A stretch of DNA of 64,000 nt from Prevotellaceae bacterium UBA1743. Its GTDB lineage: Bacteria > Bacteroidota > Bacteroidia > Bacteroidales > Bacteroidaceae. Every line of letters begins with the position of its first letter. The stretch's first letter is position 1. Of the stretch, positions 11,174 to 18,958 are shown one piece after another. A program made the translations under genes and the position numbers. The stretch is taken from contig DCHV01000072.1 of assembly GCA_002314945.1 (NCBI GenBank), positions 991-64,990 on the forward strand. The letters are read 5' to 3'. The notes under the pieces are model-generated. The model was given only the letters and a program-made list of their open reading frames with translations, did no database searches and was not told the origin of the DNA.

Positions 11174-11197
11174 CTTGCTCAACTGAAAGCATTTTCC

Positions 11198-11205
11198 TAC
11201 CTTTG
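11198..11205 (+). promoter_or_regulatory. Bacteroidota -7 promoter box TACCTTTG
   Basis: Matches the TAnnTTTG consensus, 42 nt upstream of the ATG at 11247. Confidence 0.6.
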
Positions 11206-11246
11206 CATCGATATTTTAATAGAAATACGCAAAAAAATCGAAGCAA

Positions 11247-12515
11247 ATGGGTTTTTCTCGTGATTATTACCTTCAGCAACTGAAGAATCGGATGCATAAT
11301 GGTATGATAAAAGTAGTGACTGGTATTCGTCGTTGTGGCAAATCATATCTTCTGTTTCATATCTTTGCCGACTATCTTCGTCATGAAGGAGTAGATGAAG
11401 CTCACATCATACAGATAGATTTGGAGGATCGCCGTAATCGCAAATTGCGTAATCCAGATGAACTACTCACATACATTGACAGTCAACTGAAGGATAATGC
11501 GATGCACTATATCTTGATAGATGAGATACAGATGGTCAGCGAGTTTGAAGATGTGCTGAATAGTTATCTAAAGGTGAAGAATGCCGATTTGTATGTCACT
11601 GGCTCCAATTCTCATCTCCTCTCCACCGATGTCATTACAGAGTTCCGCGGTAGAGGGGATGAAGTGCGAGTCCATCCATTGACATTTTCAGAAATGCAAC
11701 CTTATTTTGCAGGAAAAACAGAAAATGAAGCACTACGCGAATATATGCTCTATGGAGGTTTACCTCACTTGGCAGAGTTACCGACGAATGAGCAAAAGGA
11801 ACAGTACTTGAAAACTCTGATGCGAGAAACCTACTTGCGTGACATCAAGGAGAGGTACAAGGTGATGAATGATGATGATCTTGTAGAATTGGTTGACATA
11901 CTGTCTTCGTCTGTCGGTGGGCTCGTCAGTATAAAGAAACTCGAAGACACATTCCGTACCGTAAAAAAAAGTACGCTGAGTGCTGACACAATCAAACGTT
12001 ACATAGACCTGTTACAAGATTCTTTTGTCCTGGAGAAAGCCGTCCGATATGACATCAAAGGACGAAAGTATATAGACACTCCAGCCAAGTACTATTTTGA
12101 GGACTTAGGACTAAGGAATGCGCGTATCAATTTTCGTCAGAATGAACAGACCCATCTCATGGAAAACATGATTTATAACGAGCTACGTTTCAGAGGCTAT
12201 TCGGTTGATGTAGGACAGGTAGTATTGAACACTAAAGATGCCGAGGGTAAATCATGCCGCAAAGTGCTTGAAGTCGATTTCGTTTGCAACAAGGGTTACG
12301 AACGCTACTATATACAATCAGCATTCGTCTTGCCTGATCAGGAAAAGATAAGACAAGAGCAACAGTCTCTGTTGTACATCAAGGACGGGTTCCAGAAAGT
12401 GATCATCGTGGCAGGACTGACTCCGTCTCATCGTAATGAAGAGGGCGTGCTGTTTCTCAACTTGTGGGATTTCCTAATGCAGAACATACCCTTAGTAAAT
12501 ACGCACTCAATCTAA
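11247..12515 (+). CDS. AAA_14 / DUF4143-type ATP-binding protein
   Basis: P-loop GIRRCGKSYLL, Walker B-like ILIDEIQ and a C-terminal region typical of the DUF4143 family, which is abundant in Bacteroidota. The ORF is intact. Confidence 0.8.
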   Translation: MGFSRDYYLQQLKNRMHNGMIKVVTGIRRCGKSYLLFHIFADYLRHEGVDEAHIIQIDLEDRRNRKLRNPDELLTYIDSQLKDNAMHYILIDEIQMVSEFEDVLNSYLKVKNADLYVTGSNSHLLSTDVITEFRGRGDEVRVHPLTFSEMQPYFAGKTENEALREYMLYGGLPHLAELPTNEQKEQYLKTLMRETYLRDIKERYKVMNDDDLVELVDILSSSVGGLVSIKKLEDTFRTVKKSTLSADTIKRYIDLLQDSFVLEKAVRYDIKGRKYIDTPAKYYFEDLGLRNARINFRQNEQTHLMENMIYNELRFRGYSVDVGQVVLNTKDAEGKSCRKVLEVDFVCNKGYERYYIQSAFVLPDQEKIRQEQQSLLYIKDGFQKVIIVAGLTPSHRNEEGVLFLNLWDFLMQNIPLVNTHSI

Positions 12516-12552
12516 GTGTACCTCCGAAAGAAGATAGTCTGCTTTCCCTAAA

Positions 12553-12584
12553 TTTGGTGGATAAAAAAAATGTATTTAACTTTG
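12553..12584 (+). promoter_or_regulatory. -33 TTTG / -7 TAACTTTG promoter
   Basis: TTTG at 12553-12556, a 20 nt spacer, then TAACTTTG at 12577-12584. The start codon is at 12612. Confidence 0.6.
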
Positions 12585-12611
12585 CATCGAGATCAAGATA
12601 AATAAGGGTAT

Positions 12612-14203
12612 ATGGGCAAACTACAGAAACTACCAATCGGCATACAGAATTTTGAGCACCTTCGCAAGGATGGATATGTCTATGTGGATAAGACAGAACT
12701 TATCTATCGGTTGGCGACAGAGAATAAGTACTATTTCCTCTCGCGCCCCCGTCGTTTCGGTAAGTCCCTGTTTATCTCTACGCTCCTTGCTTATTACGAA
12801 GGGAAGAAGGAACTTTTCGACGGCACTATCGGTCAGCGGTTGGCTATCGCTGACAAGGAGGATGTGAAGTGGGAGGCACATCCTGTGTTGCACCTCGATC
12901 TGAATACAAACAAATATGACAGGACCAGGAGGTCGCTGCACAAACGTCTTGAATGAAATGCCTTGCAAAATGGGAGATCCCTTTATGGGAAGAATCGCAG
13001 ACCGAGATTGATTTCGGCAGGCGTTTTCGAAGAGTGTGATAGAAGCGTGCCTACCAGAAAACAGGTCAGCGTGTCGTCATCCTTGTTGACGAATACGACA
13101 AACCGATGTTGCAGGCCTTGGAAGACCAACCCTTGCAGAAAGAGTTCCGCGATACGCTAAAGGGATTCTATGGAGCCATCAAGAGCATGGATGGATGTAT
13201 CGAGTTTGCTCTGCTGACAGGAGTCACGAAGTTTGGAAAGGTGAGTGTGTTCAGCGACCTGAACAACCTCATCGACCTCTCCATGGAACGTGCCTTCTAC
13301 AATGTGTGCGGCATCACTGAGCAGGAACTGCTCTCTGTCTTTGATTGCTACATTGATGCCTTGGCAGAAGCAAACGATATGACCAAGGAGGAATGTGTGA
13401 CACGTCTGCGTGAACGCTATGACGGGTATCACTTCCATCAGAAACGGCACCTGGCGATGTATAATCCCTACAGCGTGCTGAATACATTCAGGACCAACGA
13501 ATTCGGCAGTTACTGGTTTGAAACAGGCACACCGTCCTATTTAGTGGCTTTGCTCCAGCGTTTTGACACGAACCTCGAGGATATGTCCCACAACATCACC
13601 TCGGATGATGTACTCAACTGCATAGACACCCGCTTCACAAGTGCCATCCCTGTGATTTATCAGAGTGGTTACCTTACCATCAAGGACTATGACAAGGAGT
13701 TCCAGACATACACCTTGGGATTCCCCAACGAGGAGGTGGAAGAAGGATTCGTGAAATATCTGATGCCTCACTACACCTCGGTGAAGTCCGATCAATCTGT
13801 CTTCAACATCCAGCAGTTTGTACGTGACGTGCGAGCAGGCAATACCGATGCCTTCGTGAAACGTCTTCGCTCGCTCTTTGCCGATACCCCGTATGAATTA
13901 GTAAAGAATCTCGAGAATCACTATCAGAATGTCATCTGGATTGTAGCCAAACTCATGGGCTTCTTTGTGAAAGCCGAGTATCACACTTCAGAAGGACGCA
14001 TCGACCTCGTACTACAGACACCTAAGTTCTGCTATGTCATGGAGTTCAAACTGGATGGCACAGCCGAGGAAGCACTCCAGCAGATCAAGGACAAGTCCTA
14101 CACGCTCCCCTTCGAGATGGATGGCCAACAGATTATCCGCATCGGCATGAACTTCTCCTCCGAGACGCGGAACATCGAACGCTATGTAGTGGAAACGCTA
14201 TAA
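12612..14203 (+). pseudogene. Disrupted AAA-ATPase (PF09820-like) / PD-(D/E)XK (PDDEXK_9-like) gene
   Basis: The N-terminal piece ([29 protein letters not shown]...RPRRFGKS) and the C-terminal piece (GQRVVILVDEYDKPML...EGRIDLVLQTPKFCYVMEFK) belong to one ~530 aa family member. They are split into track ORFs 12612..12956, 12963..13160 and 13106..14203. Expected residues are scattered over all three frames between ~12920 and 13045. There is an in-frame TGA TAG at 13037-13042. Confidence 0.75.
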
Positions 14204-14373
14204 CACGATGCAATCCGAGATATTTGACGTGTCACCCGTAAAACTCTGTGTGGGAAACATTTATTGATTTCTTTGATCAAATTACTTCCATTGGTTCCTT
14301 TCTTACGGTCTTTTCGGATCGCTTGTAAACACATGTGTTCTGTCTTCTATCATAAAACAAAAACACGTGTGCA

Positions 14374-14759
14374 AAGACCTGCGGTCTTGACGTCAGGCAG
14401 CAGTCGGCTGTCTTGATGAGCACACAGCTCATCATCCAGCCTCCAGCCACCTGACTATGTCTCTGACGGAGTCAGATTCATTGCACACTGAAAAACCCCT
14501 CGCTCTGCTCGGCAAAATACAACCAGGTTCTTATGTTCGCTAACGCTCAGCCGAACCTGAAAAACCATAGTTACAACTCAGCCAGGCGAAGCTGTATTTA
14601 GCGAGGAACGAGCGTTTGTATTTTGCCTGGCAACTGTCTGCAGACCGAAGGGATGCGTCATGGAGGTTGTGATGGCTTCTGATGCTTGCATCAAAGAAGG
14701 CATATCGACCGAAATGACATGGATGCCAACGGCATCAGACAGATTGACAAGGGGTTTTT
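14374..14759. ncRNA. Candidate structured RNA or DNA element: cluster of nested stem-loops (strand undetermined)
   Basis: Short hairpins: 14374-14388 (6 bp stem), 14415-14433 (7 bp), 14462-14476 (6 bp), 14722-14736 (6 bp). Long-range pairings: GGCAAAATACAA 14511-14522 with TTGTATTTTGCC 14616-14627 (12 bp), and AAAAACCCCT 14491-14500 with AGGGGTTTTT 14750-14759 (10 bp). No credible ORF and no recognised RNA family. Confidence 0.3.
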
Positions 14760-14823
14760 GAGCGACAGCGACTGTATTTGTTAAATATCTCATCTTCCAC
14801 ACACTTATTACAAGGATCTGTAT

Positions 14824-15006
14824 TTAGCCTGCATTATTCATACTACTTCCTACTACAAGAGCCAACTGACAGCACCTCAGCCTAATGCTCGCTCTTCCTC
14901 TTTGAAGGTAGGGGTTACTACGTTCTGCATCGTCATCGCTGCGCTTAGGCTGATGCACAACCATTTAGCTCTTTCGTAACGGAATAGTATGAATAATGCA
15001 GGTTAG
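14824..15006. repeat. 175 bp imperfect palindrome (possible MITE) flanked by TTAG direct repeats
   Basis: Arms CCTGCATTATTCATACTACTTCC (14828-14850) and GGAATAGTATGAATAATGCAGG (14981-15002) are reverse complements apart from one bulged base. Inner pairings are AAGAGC/GCTCTT and CAGCCTAA/TTAGGCTG. TTAG sits at 14824-14827 and again at 15003-15006. Confidence 0.8.
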
Positions 15007-15073
15007 AGCTATAAATGTGATTTCGCCTAATCGGAAAAATCATTACAAAATAGGTCAAAAACAGCAGAAAAGC

Positions 15074-15116
15074 ATTACGAAGGGATTACGAAGGGATAGC
15101 GAAGGGATTACGAAGC
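15074..15116. repeat. Four tandem copies of an 11 bp unit ATTACGAAGGG
   Basis: ATTACGAAGGG ATTACGAAGGG ATAGCGAAGGG ATTACGAAGC, read directly from the sequence. Confidence 0.9.
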
Positions 15117-15240
15117 ATCAATAAAAAATCAGAATTCCTGACAGTTCTTTTTGGCGAATCCTAAAAATGTATATTGAAAAAAGTTTTTTGCAGTTTAACC
15201 CCACTTTCGACCTATCATACTTATAATCAAATATATAACA

Positions 15241-15292
15241 TTCACTTTAATTCCACTTTATTTCCACTTTAATTCCACTTTATCCTCACTCC
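15241..15292. repeat. Array of about five 11 bp units TTCCACTTTAW
   Basis: TTCACTTTAA TTCCACTTTAT TTCCACTTTAA TTCCACTTTAT CCTCACTCC. Extra single copies of the CCACT core occur at ~15201 and ~15373. Confidence 0.9.
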
Positions 15293-15330
15293 ATCCGTAT
15301 TCTGTTTCCCAGATTATCCAAAAACGGCAA

Positions 15331-15362
15331 AAGTGAGGTTAAGGTGAGGTTAAGGTGGGGAT
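15331..15362. repeat. Array of three 11 bp units AAGGTGAGGTT, roughly the inverse of the 15241-15292 units
   Basis: AAGTGAGGTT AAGGTGAGGTT AAGGTGGGGAT. The reverse complement AACCTCACCTT resembles the (C)CTCACT/CCACTT core of the upstream array. Another AAGTGAGAT copy sits at ~15418. Confidence 0.85.
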
Positions 15363-15482
15363 AAAAAAGTTAATTCCACTATGTTAATGAATTATGTATC
15401 AGGAATATGTAAGAGAAAAGTGAGATTAAACAAAAAATAGACAAAAATTCTGTTTTATCAATATTCCCACCCAAACCAAGGT

Positions 15483-16091
15483 TTATAATTTCGAAATGGC
15501 ATCAACCATCCGCTCTGGGATTCGGAAACGGATGTCATCTGCTTCCACATGGATGGCCTGGAGGAAGGCAGGCATTTCGTCCTTGTACACCTTCAACATA
15601 CGACGGTTGGAATCATCTGTCCCCTGTGCTGAATAAGTAGTGTTGGCCAGGCGATCGCACATTTTGCAAAAAGGGGCGTAGGGCGTCTGACGAATACCTG
15701 AGAAATACTTCTCCCCTGCCCTCTCGGCACGGGTCCTCCCCTTGTCGTTCGTCAAGGCATAGACTATTTCTGCTGCCATGAATGCTTGTTCGGGCGTCAA
15801 ACCGAGGCGAATGGCCTCTTTCTTCATATCGTTGTAACTGAAACGGGCATCCTCGATACTGTCGTGAAACCAAGCGCCCATGAGAAGAGGGAGAATATCT
15901 TCCTCCTGGTCACACACCTCGTGTCCAAATTCGCGTGCTGCCTCGGCCACCATATCCAGATGATAGGCGTATGGTTTGTCCCCATCATAATACTGATTTA
16001 CACTCGAATGCAACTGATGTGCTGCATGACGGATTGATTCCAGCAGTTCGGTATGAGTGAGGATAAATCGTTCGAATCTCGCTTTTTCCAT
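15483..16091 (-). CDS. HD-domain phosphohydrolase (SpoT/Mesh1-like HD fold)
   Basis: The HLDMVAEAA ... WFHDSIEDA arrangement (H...HD...D) is typical of HD_4-type hydrolases. 202 aa, with its own promoter box. Confidence 0.7.
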   Translation of the reverse strand: MEKARFERFILTHTELLESIRHAAHQLHSSVNQYYDGDKPYAYHLDMVAEAAREFGHEVCDQEEDILPLLMGAWFHDSIEDARFSYNDMKKEAIRLGLTPEQAFMAAEIVYALTNDKGRTRAERAGEKYFSGIRQTPYAPFCKMCDRLANTTYSAQGTDDSNRRMLKVYKDEMPAFLQAIHVEADDIRFRIPERMVDAISKL

Positions 16092-16113
16092 TTGATTTCT
16101 GTATTCAATTCTA

Positions 16114-16121
16114 CAAAATTA
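16114..16121 (-). promoter_or_regulatory. -7 box TAATTTTG (minus strand) for the HD gene
   Basis: The plus-strand sequence CAAAATTA is the reverse complement of TAATTTTG. It lies ~23 nt upstream of the start at 16091. Confidence 0.55.
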
Positions 16122-16129
16122 CAACATAA

Positions 16130-16155
16130 TCGAGAATCGTGAGTAATATTCTCGA
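16130..16155. promoter_or_regulatory. Operator-like inverted repeat TCGAGAAT-N10-ATTCTCGA
   Basis: A perfect 8 bp inverted repeat in the divergent HD / TonB-receptor promoter region, ending 10 nt upstream of the receptor -7 box. Confidence 0.4.
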
Positions 16156-16164
16156 CAATTTTTG

Positions 16165-16172
16165 TACTTTTG
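16165..16172 (+). promoter_or_regulatory. -7 box TACTTTTG for the TonB-dependent receptor
   Basis: Matches TAnnTTTG, 17 nt before the ATG at 16189. Confidence 0.55.
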
Positions 16173-16188
16173 CACGACAAAATAGAAA

Positions 16189-18174
16189 ATGAGACGAAAA
16201 AGTATTACCCTGCTAACGCTTCTGGCAAGCGTGTATAGCCAAGCACAAATCCATTGCAATGACTCGCTCCTGACAGAAGATACGTATCTGGAGGAGATAG
16301 TGGTGACAGGGTTTACCGGCAAACAGAAACAAGCGGATGCAGTGCACCCCTTCACCATCGTAAGTCCACAGAAGATAGAACATTCGGTGGCTATGAATCT
16401 GATGGATCTGGTGGCACGCGAACCAGGACTTGCACAGATAAGCACGGGAAACAGCATCAGCAAACCCGTGATACGCGGGTTGGGCTACAACCGAGTAGTC
16501 CTGATTGCCGATGGCGTGAGACAGGAAGGCCAGCAATGGGGAGAAGAGCACGGAGTGGAAGTGGGAAGTTCCTCCGTGGGCAGTGTGGAAGTACTGAAAG
16601 GCCCCGCCTCGCTCATCTATGGAAGTGACGCCATGGCTGGCGTGATGATTCTCCACCCCAAGAAGGTGTTGCCACAAGGTGAGATGAAGGGCTATGCCGA
16701 AACGGAATATCAAAGCAACAACGGGCTGATAGGCGTAAGTGCAGGCCATGCAGGAAACAAAAACCGTTTCTGCTGGGACTGGAATCTATCCGAGAGAATC
16801 GCACGCGCCTACAAGAACAAGCATGACGGAAGGGTGAATGGGTCGCAGTTTCAACAGTTTGACGTAAACGGACTCTTGGGGTGGAACCGCGACTGGGGAC
16901 ACAGCCATCTGAGAATGGGGTATTTCCACCTCATGCCGAGCATTGCCAGTGACGAAGCCACAGGCAACTCCTACAGACGCTCATTGCCTTTCCAACAGGT
17001 AGGTCATGCCAAACTGGTGTCGGAAAACAAAATCTATATGCCGACAGGTTCCCTCGACGTCATTGTGGGATACCAAAACAACGACAGACAAGAGTATGAG
17101 GAAAGCAGGGACGAATCGGAACTGGCTATGAACCTGAATACCGTCACGTACGACATACGCTACCACCTCGAAGACTGGCACGAGTGGACATTCGCCACAG
17201 GCATAGGTGGCATGTACCAACATTCACAGAACAGGGCAGAAGAACAACTGATTCCCAACTACGGACTTTTTGATGCCGGTTTGTATGGAACCATGAGCCG
17301 CAGAACGGGCAAATGGAATTTCACAGGTGGTCTGAGAGGAGACATACGCCACCTGACCCTAAAACGCAATTTCAGCGGTATGACAGGTAGTGCAGGGGCT
17401 GTATGGAATGTCATCAAGGACTTCAACATCAGGGCCAACGTAAGTCGCGGCTACCGTGCGCCCAATGTAAGCGAGTTGTCGGCAGATGGAGTGCATGAAG
17501 GCAGTTACCGCTACGAGAAGGGAAATCTGAACCTGCGACCGGAATTCAGTTGGCAGGGTGACATCGGCATGGACTACGTGAGAAAGCACTGGGGTATCAA
17601 TCTATCCGTTTTCTCCAACAGAATAGAGAACTATATCTACTCGCGTAAATTGTATGGAGTACAAACAGATGGGTATCAAACCTATCAATACCAACAAGGG
17701 GATGCGACCCTCTATGGCGGAGAAGTAGCCATTGACGTCCACCCTATCAAGGATCTGCATATCGAAAACACCTTCAGTTATGTAAGAGGTATCCAGCATC
17801 ATGTATCGGCAGAGGAAAAGGATCTTCCCCTCATCCCCGCTCCCAGATGGAATGGAGAGGTGAGGTACGAATTCTCTCCCGACACGTATCTTGCGGCCAA
17901 TTTCGAATGGAACCTGAAGCAAGATCATTATTATCGGCTGGATAATACGGAAACAGCCACACCAGGCTATACGTTGGTAGGCTTGGCTGGGTGTACACAT
18001 ATTCATTGGAAGAAACGTCTCCTGGCACATCTTATGCTCAGTGTAAACAACCTCTTCGACGTATCGTACCAGAATCATCTGAGTCGTCTGAAATATGCCG
18101 AGACAGAGGATGGGAAAGGATTCTACGGAATGGGGCGCAACGTGTGCGTAAAACTCACCTTCCCCCTAAACTGA
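16189..18174 (+). CDS. TonB-dependent outer-membrane receptor (no adjacent SusD-like gene)
   Basis: Signal peptide, plug-domain motifs (EEIVVTGF, LKGPASLIYGSDAMAGVMIL) and a beta-barrel C-terminus ending in an aromatic-rich strand. Confidence 0.85.
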   Translation: MRRKSITLLTLLASVYSQAQIHCNDSLLTEDTYLEEIVVTGFTGKQKQADAVHPFTIVSPQKIEHSVAMNLMDLVAREPGLAQISTGNSISKPVIRGLGYNRVVLIADGVRQEGQQWGEEHGVEVGSSSVGSVEVLKGPASLIYGSDAMAGVMILHPKKVLPQGEMKGYAETEYQSNNGLIGVSAGHAGNKNRFCWDWNLSERIARAYKNKHDGRVNGSQFQQFDVNGLLGWNRDWGHSHLRMGYFHLMPSIASDEATGNSYRRSLPFQQVGHAKLVSENKIYMPTGSLDVIVGYQNNDRQEYEESRDESELAMNLNTVTYDIRYHLEDWHEWTFATGIGGMYQHSQNRAEEQLIPNYGLFDAGLYGTMSRRTGKWNFTGGLRGDIRHLTLKRNFSGMTGSAGAVWNVIKDFNIRANVSRGYRAPNVSELSADGVHEGSYRYEKGNLNLRPEFSWQGDIGMDYVRKHWGINLSVFSNRIENYIYSRKLYGVQTDGYQTYQYQQGDATLYGGEVAIDVHPIKDLHIENTFSYVRGIQHHVSAEEKDLPLIPAPRWNGEVRYEFSPDTYLAANFEWNLKQDHYYRLDNTETATPGYTLVGLAGCTHIHWKKRLLAHLMLSVNNLFDVSYQNHLSRLKYAETEDGKGFYGMGRNVCVKLTFPLN

Positions 18175-18919
18175 CCTTTGCGGCAATGGCACAATGGTCG
18201 GAGAAATCCAGTTGATGAAGGCTCTTCTCCATCGTCCGCACCTGCGTGGAAGTGGATTTCCAGACTGCAATGTAATCTATGCACGTCGTCGGGCGGTCGG
18301 AAGGAAATGTATTGAATGAGATATCAGAACAGAAAGTAAACTCCTGTTTCATCTGACAAAGCAGCTGGCTCTGAGGATCGTCATTCCAGTCACCCGCCAC
18401 GAAGAAGGGTTTGTCGTAGTTCCGAGCCACTTGGCAAATAACAGGCACAGAAGCCAAACGTGCTTCTTCCTCCAATGCCAAATGCGTAGAAGCCAACACA
18501 AAAGAAGCAAACTCTGCCACTATCAGTGTTCTCGGTTCGCCACCAGGCAATGGATGGTTGCTGACAGACAAAGGCTTCTCGCGACTCAATATCCCTACCC
18601 CATACTTTCCTCCCTGAAAAGGCATTGCAGGCCCGAATACAGGATACATACCTGTCATCTGAGAGAGTTCCGCCAATTGGTTATGAAAATCCGTTCTCCG
18701 ACAACAGCTATCAAGTTCCTGAAGCGCTACCACATCGGGTGACTCCTGTGAGATAAAACGGGAAATACGTTCCAGATCAACACGCTCGTCCATCCCATTG
18801 CCATGCCGGATGTTGTAGGACATGATATGGATACGTCTGTCTTCCACTCCCTGCGAAGAGGCAAACACAGGAACGAGCAAAAGAAACAGTAAGGACAGTA
18901 GAGATTCTCTCATTATCAT
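18155..18919 (-). CDS. Secreted endonuclease/exonuclease/phosphatase (EEP) family protein
   Basis: Signal peptide plus EEP motifs SYNIRHG, ALQELD, VAGDWND and SDHCAI. Its 3' end overlaps the convergent receptor gene by 20 nt. Confidence 0.8.
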   Translation of the reverse strand: MIMRESLLSLLFLLLVPVFASSQGVEDRRIHIMSYNIRHGNGMDERVDLERISRFISQESPDVVALQELDSCCRRTDFHNQLAELSQMTGMYPVFGPAMPFQGGKYGVGILSREKPLSVSNHPLPGGEPRTLIVAEFASFVLASTHLALEEEARLASVPVICQVARNYDKPFFVAGDWNDDPQSQLLCQMKQEFTFCSDISFNTFPSDRPTTCIDYIAVWKSTSTQVRTMEKSLHQLDFSDHCAIAAKVSLGGR

Positions 18920-18958
18920 CTATTACATTTGTTTCAAGACATGCAACCGTTTCTCATA

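Noticed and set aside
10770-11297. 175 aa minus-strand ORF bridging the end of the giant gene and the start of the AAA ATPase gene
   Set aside because: It runs straight through a strong plus-strand terminator hairpin and a promoter box, and it overlaps two well-supported genes.
12963-13160. 65 aa ORF between the two halves of the PF09820-like gene
   Set aside because: It is a frame fragment of the disrupted ATPase gene (it contains the family-like SLYGKN piece), not an independent gene.
14411-14700. Hammerhead-ribozyme-like strings (CTTGATGAG at ~14412 and CTGATGC at ~14679)
   Set aside because: Neither matches the CUGANGA...GAAA core once the flanking helices are laid out.
14578-14802. 74 aa minus-strand ORF, the only track ORF in the 1.28 kb non-coding region
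   Set aside because: I found no promoter box or plausible ribosome-binding context. It spans several stem-loops and has no recognisable motif or hydrophobic pattern. I treat the region as non-coding.
15074-15362. Possibility that the repeat arrays are a CRISPR array
   Set aside because: The units are only 11 bp and directly abut one another without spacers. No cas genes are present in the window.
15197-15430. Chromosomal oriC
   Set aside because: I found only one near-consensus DnaA box, there is no dnaA or dnaN nearby, and gene orientation does not switch cleanly here. I kept it only as an iteron-like finding, not as an origin call.
18155-18174. 20 nt convergent overlap of the TonB-receptor and EEP genes (and the 4 nt dnaG/folE overlap at 42227-42230)
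   Set aside because: Short 3' overlaps are common in compact genomes, and I see no extra structure there that suggests regulation.
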